Shown piece after piece: positions 36,598 to 44,153 of a stretch of 44,153 nucleotides of DNA; position 1 is the first letter of the stretch, and every line of letters begins with the position of its first letter. The stretch lies in the IMG/VR virus record IMGVR_UViG_2541047916_000003, one strand, 5' to 3'. The position numbers were made by a program, and so were the translations under genes. The DNA comes from a virus. Its lineage: Duplodnaviria; Heunggongvirae; Uroviricota; Caudoviricetes. The notes under the pieces are model-generated. The model ran no database searches. It had not been told where the DNA came from and worked only from the letters and a program-made list of their open reading frames with translations.

Positions 36598-37341
36598 ATG
36601 ACAGAGACAGAATCAGCGATTCTGGCGCACGCCCGGCGATGTGCGCCAGCGGAGTCGTGCGGCTTCGTGGTGAGAGCGCCGGAGGGGGAAAGATATTTTC
36701 CCTGCGTGAATATCTCCGGTGAGCCGGAGGCGTATTTCCGGATGGCTCCGGAGGACTGGCTGCAGGCAGAGATGCAGGGTGAGATTGTGGCGCTGGTCCA
36801 CAGTCATCCCGGTGGTCTGCCCTGGCTGAGTGAGGCCGACCGGCGGCTGCAGGTGCAGAGTGATTTGCCGTGGTGGCTGGTCTGCCGGGGGGCGATTCAT
36901 AAGTTCCGCTGTGTGCCGCATCTCACCGGGCGGCGCTTTGAGCACGGGGTGACGGACTGTTACACGCTGTTCCGGGACGCTTACCATCTGGCGGGGATTG
37001 AGATGCCGGACTTTCATCGTGAGGATGACTGGTGGCGTAACGGCCAGAATCTCTATCTTGATAATCTGGAGGCCACAGGGCTGTATCAGGTGCCGTTGTC
37101 AGCGGCGCAGCCGGGCGATGTGCTGCTGTGCTGCTTTGGTTCATCGGTGCCGAATCATGCCGCTATTTACTGTGGTGACGGCGAGCTGCTGCACCATATT
37201 CCTGAACAACTGAGTAAACGAGAGAGGTATACCGACAAATGGCAGCGACGCACACACTCCCTCTGGCGTCACCGGGCATGGCGCGCATCTGCCTTTACGG
37301 GGATTTACAACGATTTGGCCGCCGCATCGACCTTCGTGTGA
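36598..37341 (+). CDS. K: tail tip assembly protein K
   Basis: Product in the lambda gpK position with an HSHP-containing N-terminal region; 3' end overlaps I. Confidence 0.85.
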   Translation: MTETESAILAHARRCAPAESCGFVVRAPEGERYFPCVNISGEPEAYFRMAPEDWLQAEMQGEIVALVHSHPGGLPWLSEADRRLQVQSDLPWWLVCRGAIHKFRCVPHLTGRRFEHGVTDCYTLFRDAYHLAGIEMPDFHREDDWWRNGQNLYLDNLEATGLYQVPLSAAQPGDVLLCCFGSSVPNHAAIYCGDGELLHHIPEQLSKRERYTDKWQRRTHSLWRHRAWRASAFTGIYNDLAAASTFV

Positions 37342-37910
37342 AAACGGGGGCTGAAGCCATCCGCGCACTGGCCACACAGCTCCCGGTGTTTCGTCAGAAA
37401 CTGAGCGACGGCTGGTATCAGGTACGGATTGCCGGGCGGGACGTCAGCACGTCCGGGTTAACGGCGCAGTTACATGAGACTCTGCCTGATGGCGCTGTGA
37501 TTCATATTGTTCCCAGAGTCGCCGGGGCCAGGTCAGGTGGCGTATTCCAGATTGTCCTGGGGGCTGCCGCCATTGCCGGATCATTCTTTACCGCCGGAGC
37601 CACCCTTGCAGCATGGGGGGCAGCCATTGGGGCCGGTGGTATGACCGGCATCCTGTTTTCTCTCGGTGCCAGTATGGTGCTCGGTGGTGTGGCGCAGATG
37701 CTGGCACCGAAAGCCAGAACTCCCCGTACACAGACAACGGATAACGGCAAACAGAACACCTATTTCTCCTCACTGGATAACATGGTTGCCCAGGGCAATG
37801 TTCTGCCGGTTCTGTACGGTGAAATGCGCGTGGGGTCACGCGTGGTTTCTCAGGAGATCAGCACGGCAGACGAAGGGGATGGTGGTCAGGTTGTGGTGAT
37901 TGGTCGCTGA
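37239..37910 (+). CDS. I: tail tip assembly protein I
   Basis: 223-aa product in the lambda gpI position with a Gly/Ala-rich hydrophobic region. Confidence 0.85.
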   Translation: MAATHTLPLASPGMARICLYGDLQRFGRRIDLRVKTGAEAIRALATQLPVFRQKLSDGWYQVRIAGRDVSTSGLTAQLHETLPDGAVIHIVPRVAGARSGGVFQIVLGAAAIAGSFFTAGATLAAWGAAIGAGGMTGILFSLGASMVLGGVAQMLAPKARTPRTQTTDNGKQNTYFSSLDNMVAQGNVLPVLYGEMRVGSRVVSQEISTADEGDGGQVVVIGR

Positions 37911-37927
37911 TGCAAAATGTTTTATGT

Positions 37928-37953
37928 GAAACCGCCTCCGGGCGGTTTTATCG
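37928..37953 (+). terminator. hairpin with weak U-tract between I and J
   Basis: AAACCGCC-tccg-GGCGGTTT followed by TATCGTTTAT. Confidence 0.35.
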
Positions 37954-37970
37954 TTTATGGAGCATGAGGA

Positions 37971-40900
37971 ATGGGTAAAGGCAGCAGTAAGGGGCATACC
38001 CCGCGCGAAGCGAAGGACAACCTGAAATCATCCCAGATGCTGAGCGTGATAGACGCCATCAGCGAAGGGCCGGTTGAAGGTCCGGTGGATGGATTAAAAA
38101 GCGTGCTGCTGAACAGTACGCCGGTGCTGGACAGTGAGGGGAATACCAATATATTCGGCGTCACGGTGGTGTTCCGGGCCGGTGAGCAGGAGCAGACACC
38201 GCCGGAGGGATTTGAATCCTCCGGCTCCGAGACGGTGCTCGGTACAGAAGTGAAATATGACACGCCGATCACCCGGACCATCACGTCGGCAAACATTGAC
38301 CGTCTGCGTTTTACTTTCGGCGTGCAGGCACTGGTGGAAACCACCTCAAAGGGGGACAGGAATCCATCGGAAGTCCGCCTGCTGGTTCAGATTCAACGTA
38401 ACGGTGGCTGGGTGACGGAAAAAGACATCACCATTAAGGGCAAAACCACGTCGCAGTATCTGGCCTCGGTGGTGGTGGATAACCTGCCGCCGCGCCCGTT
38501 TAATATCCGGATGCGCAGGATGACGCCGGACAGCACCACAGACCAGTTGCAGAACAAAACGCTCTGGTCGTCATACACCGAAATCATCGATGTGAAACAG
38601 TGCTACCCGAACACGGCACTGGTCGGCGTACAGGTGGACTCGGAGCAGTTCGGCAGCCAGCAGGTGAGCCGTAATTATCATCTTCGCGGGCGCATTCTGC
38701 AGGTGCCGTCGAACTATAACCCGCAGACGCGGCAATACAGCGGTATCTGGGACGGAACGTTTAAGCCAGCATACAGCAACAACATGGCCTGGTGTCTGTG
38801 GGATATGCTGACCCATCCGCGCTACGGCATGGGGAAACGTCTTGGTGCGGCAGATGTGGATAAATGGGCGCTGTATGTCATCGGCCAGAATTGCGACCAG
38901 TCAGTGCCGGACGGCTTTGGCGGCACGGAGCCGCGCATCACCTGTAATGCGTACCTGACCACACAGCGCAAGGCGTGGGATGTGCTCAGTGATTTTTGCT
39001 CGGCGATGCGCTGTATGCCGGTATGGAACGGGCAGACGCTGACATTCGTGCAGGACCGACCGTCGGATAAGGTGTGGACCTATAACCGCAGTAATGTGGT
39101 GATGCCGGATGATGGCGCGCCGTTCCGCTACAGCTTCAGCGCCCTGAAAGACCGCCATAATGCCGTTGAGGTGAACTGGATTGACCCGGATAACGGCTGG
39201 GAGACGGCGACAGAGCTTGTGGAGGACACGCAGGCCATTGCCCGTTACGGTCGTAACGTCACGAAGATGGATGCCTTTGGCTGTACCAGCCGGGGGCAGG
39301 CACACCGCGCCGGGCTGTGGCTGATTAAAACGGAGCTGCTGGAAACGCAGACCGTGGACTTCAGCGTGGGTGCAGAAGGGCTTCGCCATGTACCGGGCGA
39401 TGTCATTGAAATCTGTGATGATGACTATGCGGGGATCAGCATCGGCGGGCGCGTGCTGGCGGTGAACAACCAGACGCGGACACTGACGCTCGACCGTGAA
39501 ATCACGCTGCCATCCTCCGGCACCACGCTGATAAGCCTGGCTGACGGACAGGGGAATCCGGTCAGCGTGGAGGTCCAGTCCGTCACCGACGGCGTGAAGG
39601 TAAAAGTGAGCCGTGTTCCTGACGGCGTTGCAGAATACAGCGTGTGGGGGCTGAAGTTGCCAACGTTGCGCCAGCGCCTGTTCCGCTGTGTGAGTATCCG
39701 TGAGAACGATGACGGCACGTATGCCATCACTGCCGTGCAGCATGTACCGGAAAAAGAGGCCATCGTGGATAACGGGGCGCACTTTGACGGCGACCAGAGC
39801 GGCACGGTGAATGGTGTCACGCCGCCAGCGGTGCAGCACCTGACTGCCGAAGTCACCGCAGACAGCGGGGAATATCAGGTGCTGGCGCGCTGGGACACGC
39901 CGAAGGTGGTGAAGGGGGTGAGCTTTATGCTTCGCCTGACCGTGGCAGCGGATGACGGCAGTGAGCGGCTGGTCAGCACGGCCCGGACGACGGAAACCAC
40001 ATACCGCTTCAGGCAACTGGCGCTGGGGAACTACAGGCTGACAGTCCGGGCGGTAAATGCGTGGGGGCAGCAGGGCGATCCGGCATCGGTATCGTTCCGG
40101 ATTGCCGCACCGGCAGCGCCGTCGCAGATTGAGCTGACACCGGGGTATTTTCAGATAACCGCCACGCCGCATCTTGCGGTTTATGATCCGACGGTACAGT
40201 TTGAGTTCTGGTTCTCGGAAAAGCGGATTGCGGATATCAGGCAGGTTGAAACCACAGCACGCTATCTTGGCACGGCGCTGTACTGGATAGCCGCCAGTAT
40301 CAATATCAAACCGGGCCATGATTATTATTTTTACATCCGCAGTGTGAACACCGTTGGCAAATCGGCATTTGTGGAGGCTGTTGGCCAGCCGAGTGATGAT
40401 GCATCCGGCTATCTGAATTTTTTCAAAGGAGAGATAGGGAAAACCCATCTGGCTCAGGAGTTGTGGACGCAGATTGATAACGGTCAGCTTGCGCCTGACC
40501 TGGCTGAAATCAGGACGTCCATTACGGATGTCAGCAATGAAATCACGCAGACCGTCAATAAGAAACTGGAAGACCAGAGTGCAGCGATCCAGCAGATACA
40601 GAAGGTTCAGGTTGATACAAATAATAACCTGAACAGCATGTGGGCTGTGAAGCTGCAGCAGATGCAGGACGGACGCCTTTATATCGCGGGTATTGGTGCC
40701 GGTATTGAGAATACTCCTGACGGTATGCAGAGTCAGGTGCTGCTGGCGGCGGACAGGATTGCGATGATGAATCCTGCGAATGGCAACACAAAGCCGATGT
40801 TTGTTGGGCAGGGCGATCAGATATTCATGAACGAAGTGTTCCTGAAATATCTGACGGCTCCCACCATTACCAGCGGTGGCAATCCCCCAACGTTTTCACT

Positions 40901-41453
40901 GACACCTGATGGTCGACTTTCTGCGAAAAATGCGGATATCAGCGGTAACGTGAACGCGAACTCCGGGACGCTCAACAACGTCACGATTAATCAGAACTGT
41001 CGGATTCTGGGAAAACTGTCAGCTAACCAGATTGAAGGTGATATTGTCAAAACGGTGGGAAAAGCCTTTCCGAGAAATGGCAGTTATGCCAGCGGTACAA
41101 TAACGGTCACTGTGTACGATGACCAGGCTTTTGACCGTCAGATAGTAGTCCCCCCCGTTCTGTTTCGTGGGGGTAAGCATGAAAACTTCAACAGCAACAA
41201 CCAACAGTCATACTGGTATTCAACCTGTAAGCTGCAGGTACTGAAGAACGGACAGGAAATCTTTCAGCAACCCGCGACGGATGTCAGCAGGGTATTTTCA
41301 TCAGTCATTGATATGCCTGCCGGACACGGCCATGTCACCCTGACTTTCAATGTTTCTTCATATGGTGCTAATAACTGGACGCCAACGACCAGTATCAGCG
41401 ACCTTCTTGTTGTTGTGATGAAGAAATCTACAGCCGGTATCAGTATCAGTTGA
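37971..41453 (+). CDS. J: central tail fibre / host-specificity protein J
   Basis: 1160-aa ORF in the lambda gpJ position (lambda J is slightly shorter); GAGGA ribosome-binding site. Confidence 0.9.
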   Translation: MGKGSSKGHTPREAKDNLKSSQMLSVIDAISEGPVEGPVDGLKSVLLNSTPVLDSEGNTNIFGVTVVFRAGEQEQTPPEGFESSGSETVLGTEVKYDTPITRTITSANIDRLRFTFGVQALVETTSKGDRNPSEVRLLVQIQRNGGWVTEKDITIKGKTTSQYLASVVVDNLPPRPFNIRMRRMTPDSTTDQLQNKTLWSSYTEIIDVKQCYPNTALVGVQVDSEQFGSQQVSRNYHLRGRILQVPSNYNPQTRQYSGIWDGTFKPAYSNNMAWCLWDMLTHPRYGMGKRLGAADVDKWALYVIGQNCDQSVPDGFGGTEPRITCNAYLTTQRKAWDVLSDFCSAMRCMPVWNGQTLTFVQDRPSDKVWTYNRSNVVMPDDGAPFRYSFSALKDRHNAVEVNWIDPDNGWETATELVEDTQAIARYGRNVTKMDAFGCTSRGQAHRAGLWLIKTELLETQTVDFSVGAEGLRHVPGDVIEICDDDYAGISIGGRVLAVNNQTRTLTLDREITLPSSGTTLISLADGQGNPVSVEVQSVTDGVKVKVSRVPDGVAEYSVWGLKLPTLRQRLFRCVSIRENDDGTYAITAVQHVPEKEAIVDNGAHFDGDQSGTVNGVTPPAVQHLTAEVTADSGEYQVLARWDTPKVVKGVSFMLRLTVAADDGSERLVSTARTTETTYRFRQLALGNYRLTVRAVNAWGQQGDPASVSFRIAAPAAPSQIELTPGYFQITATPHLAVYDPTVQFEFWFSEKRIADIRQVETTARYLGTALYWIAASINIKPGHDYYFYIRSVNTVGKSAFVEAVGQPSDDASGYLNFFKGEIGKTHLAQELWTQIDNGQLAPDLAEIRTSITDVSNEITQTVNKKLEDQSAAIQQIQKVQVDTNNNLNSMWAVKLQQMQDGRLYIAGIGAGIENTPDGMQSQVLLAADRIAMMNPANGNTKPMFVGQGDQIFMNEVFLKYLTAPTITSGGNPPTFSLTPDGRLSAKNADISGNVNANSGTLNNVTINQNCRILGKLSANQIEGDIVKTVGKAFPRNGSYASGTITVTVYDDQAFDRQIVVPPVLFRGGKHENFNSNNQQSYWYSTCKLQVLKNGQEIFQQPATDVSRVFSSVIDMPAGHGHVTLTFNVSSYGANNWTPTTSISDLLVVVMKKSTAGISIS

Positions 41454-41471
41454 ATTTTATAACCCAGATAC

Positions 41472-41497
41472 GGGCGCCAGAAATGGCGCCTTTTTTA
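41472..41497 (+). terminator. rho-independent terminator after J
   Basis: GGCGCC-agaaat-GGCGCC followed by TTTTTTATTT. Confidence 0.6.
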
Positions 41498-41511
41498 TTT
41501 GTGGAGTGAAT

Positions 41512-43572
41512 ATGGCAGTACAGATTTCAGGCGTGCTGAAAGACGGTGCAGGAAAACCGATACAGAACTGCACCATTCAGCTCAAAGCAAAACGTAACAG
41601 CACCACGGTTGTGGTGAACACGGTGGCCTCAGAAAATCCGGATGAAGCCGGACGTTACAGCATGGATGTCGAGTATGGCCAGTACAGCGTTATCCTGCTG
41701 GTTGAAGGTTTTCCGCCTTCACATGCCGGGGCCATCACCGTGTATGAGGATTCTAAGCCGGGGACATTGAATGATTTTCTGGGCGCTGCAACAGAAGATG
41801 ATGTTCGTCCGGAGGCACTGTATCGTTTTGAAAAGATGGTGGAAGAGGTGGCACGCAACGCTGAAGCCGCCTCTCAGAGCGCAGCGGCAGCAAAGAAATC
41901 AGAAACAGCAGCGGCATCGTCCAGGAATGCGGCGAAAACATCAGAGACGAATGCAGGTAACAGCGCGAAAGCGGCAGCTTCTTCAAAAACAGCCGCACAA
42001 AACGCAGCAACAGCGGCAGAACGTTCAGAGACAAATGCCCGTGCGTCAGAAGAAGCCTCCGCAGACAGTGAAGAGGCTTCCCGCCGTAATGCAGAGTCAG
42101 CCGCTGAAAATGCCGGAGTCGCCACCACAAAAGCGCGGGAGGCCGCAGCAGACGCAACAAAGGCCGGGCAGAAAAAGGATGAGGCTCTGTCGGCAGCGAC
42201 ACGGGCTGAAAAGGCGGCAGACCGCGCAGAAGTCGCAGCGGAAGTGACTGCAGAGCCCTATGCGAATATAGTGCCGCCGCTGCCTGATGTGTGGATACCG
42301 TTTAACGATTCACTGGATATGATTGCGGGTTTTTCTCCGGGCTATAAAAAAATAGCTATTGGTGACGATGTGGTTCAGGTCGCCAGTGATAAACAGGTTA
42401 ATTTCAGTCGCGCATCAACGGCAACATATATCAACAAATCTGGCGAACTGAAAACGGCGGAAATTAATGAGCCGCGATTTGAGTGTGATGGCCTGCTTAT
42501 TGAGGGACAAAGAACGAACTACATGCTCAATTCGGAAAGTCCAGCCAGCTGGGGGAAGTCATCAAACATGGATGTGCCCGAAACCGGGACAGATAGTTTT
42601 GGTTTTACTTATGGAAAGTTTGTCTGCAACGATTCTCTGGTTGGGCAAACTTCGGCTATTAATATGGCATCAATTGCTGCAACAAAGTCAGTTGATGTCT
42701 CAGGCGATAACAAGTACGTGACAACCTCATGCCGTTTTAAAACAGAACGACAGGTAAGGTTACGTATACGGTTTGATAAGTATGATGGTAGTGCAACAAC
42801 TTTTCTTGGCGATGCGTACATTGATACGCAAACGCTTGAAATTAATATGACAGGTGGGGCTGCCGGCAGAATTACGGCACGAGTCAGGAAGGATAAGACC
42901 ACAGGCTGGATTTTTGCAGAGGCAACGATTCAGGCAATTGATGGTGAGTTAAAAATAGGCTCTCAGATACAGTATTCTCCTGAGCGGGGTGGGGCAACAG
43001 TATCTGGTGACTATATTTATCTTGCCACCCCACAAGTAGAGAATGGGCCGTGTGTATCATCATTTATTATTTCAGGAGGCAGCGCAACGACAAGAGCCAG
43101 TGATTTGGTTAGTATCCCCACCAGAAATAATCTTTATAAGTTACCATTTACTTTTTTACTTGAGATTCATAAAAACTGGGATATTGCACCAAACGCCGCA
43201 CCCCGCGTGTGGGATATAGCAGCAGCCAATACCGGGCAATCAGCAATTGCAGCAATCAACAGAGGTAGTGGTAAGTTATATATGAGTCTGTCAAACCCTT
43301 CAGGCTTGTATGTTAATAGCGCAGCGACAGATGTATTTGCAGAGAAAACCACATTTGGATGTATTGCAAAAGCTGATGGTCACTTTCATGTGGTGACAAA
43401 TGGTAAAGCGGTTAATGAAGTTTATTGTGAATATAATGGTGTGACCGCTGATAAAAATATCCGATTTGGAGGGCAGACGAATACTGGAGAACGACATCTG
43501 TTTGGCCATATTCGCAATTTCCGCATATGGCATAAAGAATTAAATGACAGGCAATTAAAAGAGGTCGTATGA
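41512..43572 (+). CDS. stf: side tail fibre protein (lambda Stf-like N-terminus, Ala-rich shaft, heterologous LamG/ConA-like C-terminal domain)
   Basis: N-terminus MAVQISGVLKDGAGKPIQNCTIQLKAKRNSTTVVVNTV matches lambda Stf as recalled; C-terminal ~430 aa AT-rich and unrelated to lambda. Confidence 0.8.
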   Translation: MAVQISGVLKDGAGKPIQNCTIQLKAKRNSTTVVVNTVASENPDEAGRYSMDVEYGQYSVILLVEGFPPSHAGAITVYEDSKPGTLNDFLGAATEDDVRPEALYRFEKMVEEVARNAEAASQSAAAAKKSETAAASSRNAAKTSETNAGNSAKAAASSKTAAQNAATAAERSETNARASEEASADSEEASRRNAESAAENAGVATTKAREAAADATKAGQKKDEALSAATRAEKAADRAEVAAEVTAEPYANIVPPLPDVWIPFNDSLDMIAGFSPGYKKIAIGDDVVQVASDKQVNFSRASTATYINKSGELKTAEINEPRFECDGLLIEGQRTNYMLNSESPASWGKSSNMDVPETGTDSFGFTYGKFVCNDSLVGQTSAINMASIAATKSVDVSGDNKYVTTSCRFKTERQVRLRIRFDKYDGSATTFLGDAYIDTQTLEINMTGGAAGRITARVRKDKTTGWIFAEATIQAIDGELKIGSQIQYSPERGGATVSGDYIYLATPQVENGPCVSSFIISGGSATTRASDLVSIPTRNNLYKLPFTFLLEIHKNWDIAPNAAPRVWDIAAANTGQSAIAAINRGSGKLYMSLSNPSGLYVNSAATDVFAEKTTFGCIAKADGHFHVVTNGKAVNEVYCEYNGVTADKNIRFGGQTNTGERHLFGHIRNFRIWHKELNDRQLKEVV

Positions 43573-43847
43573 AAGATTTAACTTTGAAGTTTCATGACAA
43601 ACTGCAGTTTAAGGCCTTCCTGTCATCTCTTGACTGGGAGGAGGATGAAGACCTCCAGAATAAACTGTTAGTCGATGAAATTGGTTTCACCTACACAGAA
43701 ACAGGGGTAACAGAAGAGGGAGAACCTGTCTGTGTCCGGAATGACGGTTATTTTGTCAACATTCGCATTCTTGATGACTTGTTTGATGTTTCTGTATTCT
43801 CTGATTATGTCGTGGAGCTGGAAACACCGCTTCGGGAATGGAGCTGA
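43569..43847 (+). CDS. acidic hypothetical protein (92 aa) coupled to the tail-fibre gene
   Basis: ATGA overlap with stf stop; occupies the position where a tail-fibre assembly protein is expected but is too short and unlike Tfa. Confidence 0.5.
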   Translation: MKDLTLKFHDKLQFKAFLSSLDWEEDEDLQNKLLVDEIGFTYTETGVTEEGEPVCVRNDGYFVNIRILDDLFDVSVFSDYVVELETPLREWS

Positions 43848-43859
43848 AAGGAGGAAATA

Positions 43860-44153
43860 ATGGATATAAGCCCCTTACTTCATGCGCTTTGTGCTGTGGC
43901 TGCGCAGATACTGGTTGGTCTTTTTACCGGAAACTGGGCTTACGGAGCGATAGCCGGTTGTACGTTCTTCATTGCGCGTGAACATACCCAGGCAGAATAT
44001 CGCTGGATTGAAATGTTCGGGCATGGCAAGCGAATGAATATGCCGTGGTGGGGCGGTTTTGATCCGCGAGCTTGGGATGTGGCAAGCCTGATGGATTTTG
44101 CTGTGCCGGTGGTGGCGTGTCTGCTGGTCTGGCTGTTGGTTAATCGTGGGTGA
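43860..44153 (+). CDS. small membrane protein (97 aa, about 3 hydrophobic segments)
   Basis: Strong AAGGAGG ribosome-binding site 7 nt upstream of the ATG; stop is the last codon of the window. Confidence 0.5.
   Translation: MDISPLLHALCAVAAQILVGLFTGNWAYGAIAGCTFFIAREHTQAEYRWIEMFGHGKRMNMPWWGGFDPRAWDVASLMDFAVPVVACLLVWLLVNRG

Noticed and set aside
38901-40448. 515-aa ORF on the minus strand
   Set aside because: Lies entirely antisense within the J tail-fibre gene, which has strong recognisable homology; a long antisense ORF is expected by chance in GC-rich coding DNA. The product is Arg/Pro/His-rich with no family resemblance.
41454-41511. lom outer-membrane gene expected between J and stf
   Set aside because: Only a 58-bp intergenic segment with a terminator hairpin is present; no lom-like ORF exists here.

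Overview
The window is an essentially complete lambdoid prophage in prophage gene order: int/xis at the left edge (the int stop codon is bases 1-3, so attL lies just outside), an early-left accessory region, lambda-type Red recombination genes (exo-bet-gam) with kil/cIII/ea10/ral/sieB, an N antiterminator, the immunity region (cI, cro, cII), replication (O with ori iterons, P, ren), a nin region with a Dam-type methyltransferase and RusA, Q, a porin moron, a phage-21-type lysis cassette, bor, cos, and a lambda-type head and tail module from Nu1 through J plus a side tail fibre. All family assignments are from reading the six-frame translations and recalling known phage proteins; no database search was run. 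The element is a mosaic: Red, replication, cIII/kil/ral/sieB and most structural proteins look lambda-like, whereas the integrase, the N protein, the DNA-binding halves of cI/cro/cII, the Q-lysis block and the tail-fibre tip are heterologous. The most interesting locus is an AT-rich, translationally coupled two-gene cassette (9983-11289) sitting exactly where lambda carries rexA/rexB, immediately downstream of cI. I could not assign either protein to any family and flag it as a candidate lysogen-expressed exclusion or abortive-infection module. Hand-derived coordinates for small ORFs, hairpins and sites may be off by 1-2 nt; CDS coordinates are anchored to the supplied ORF track.
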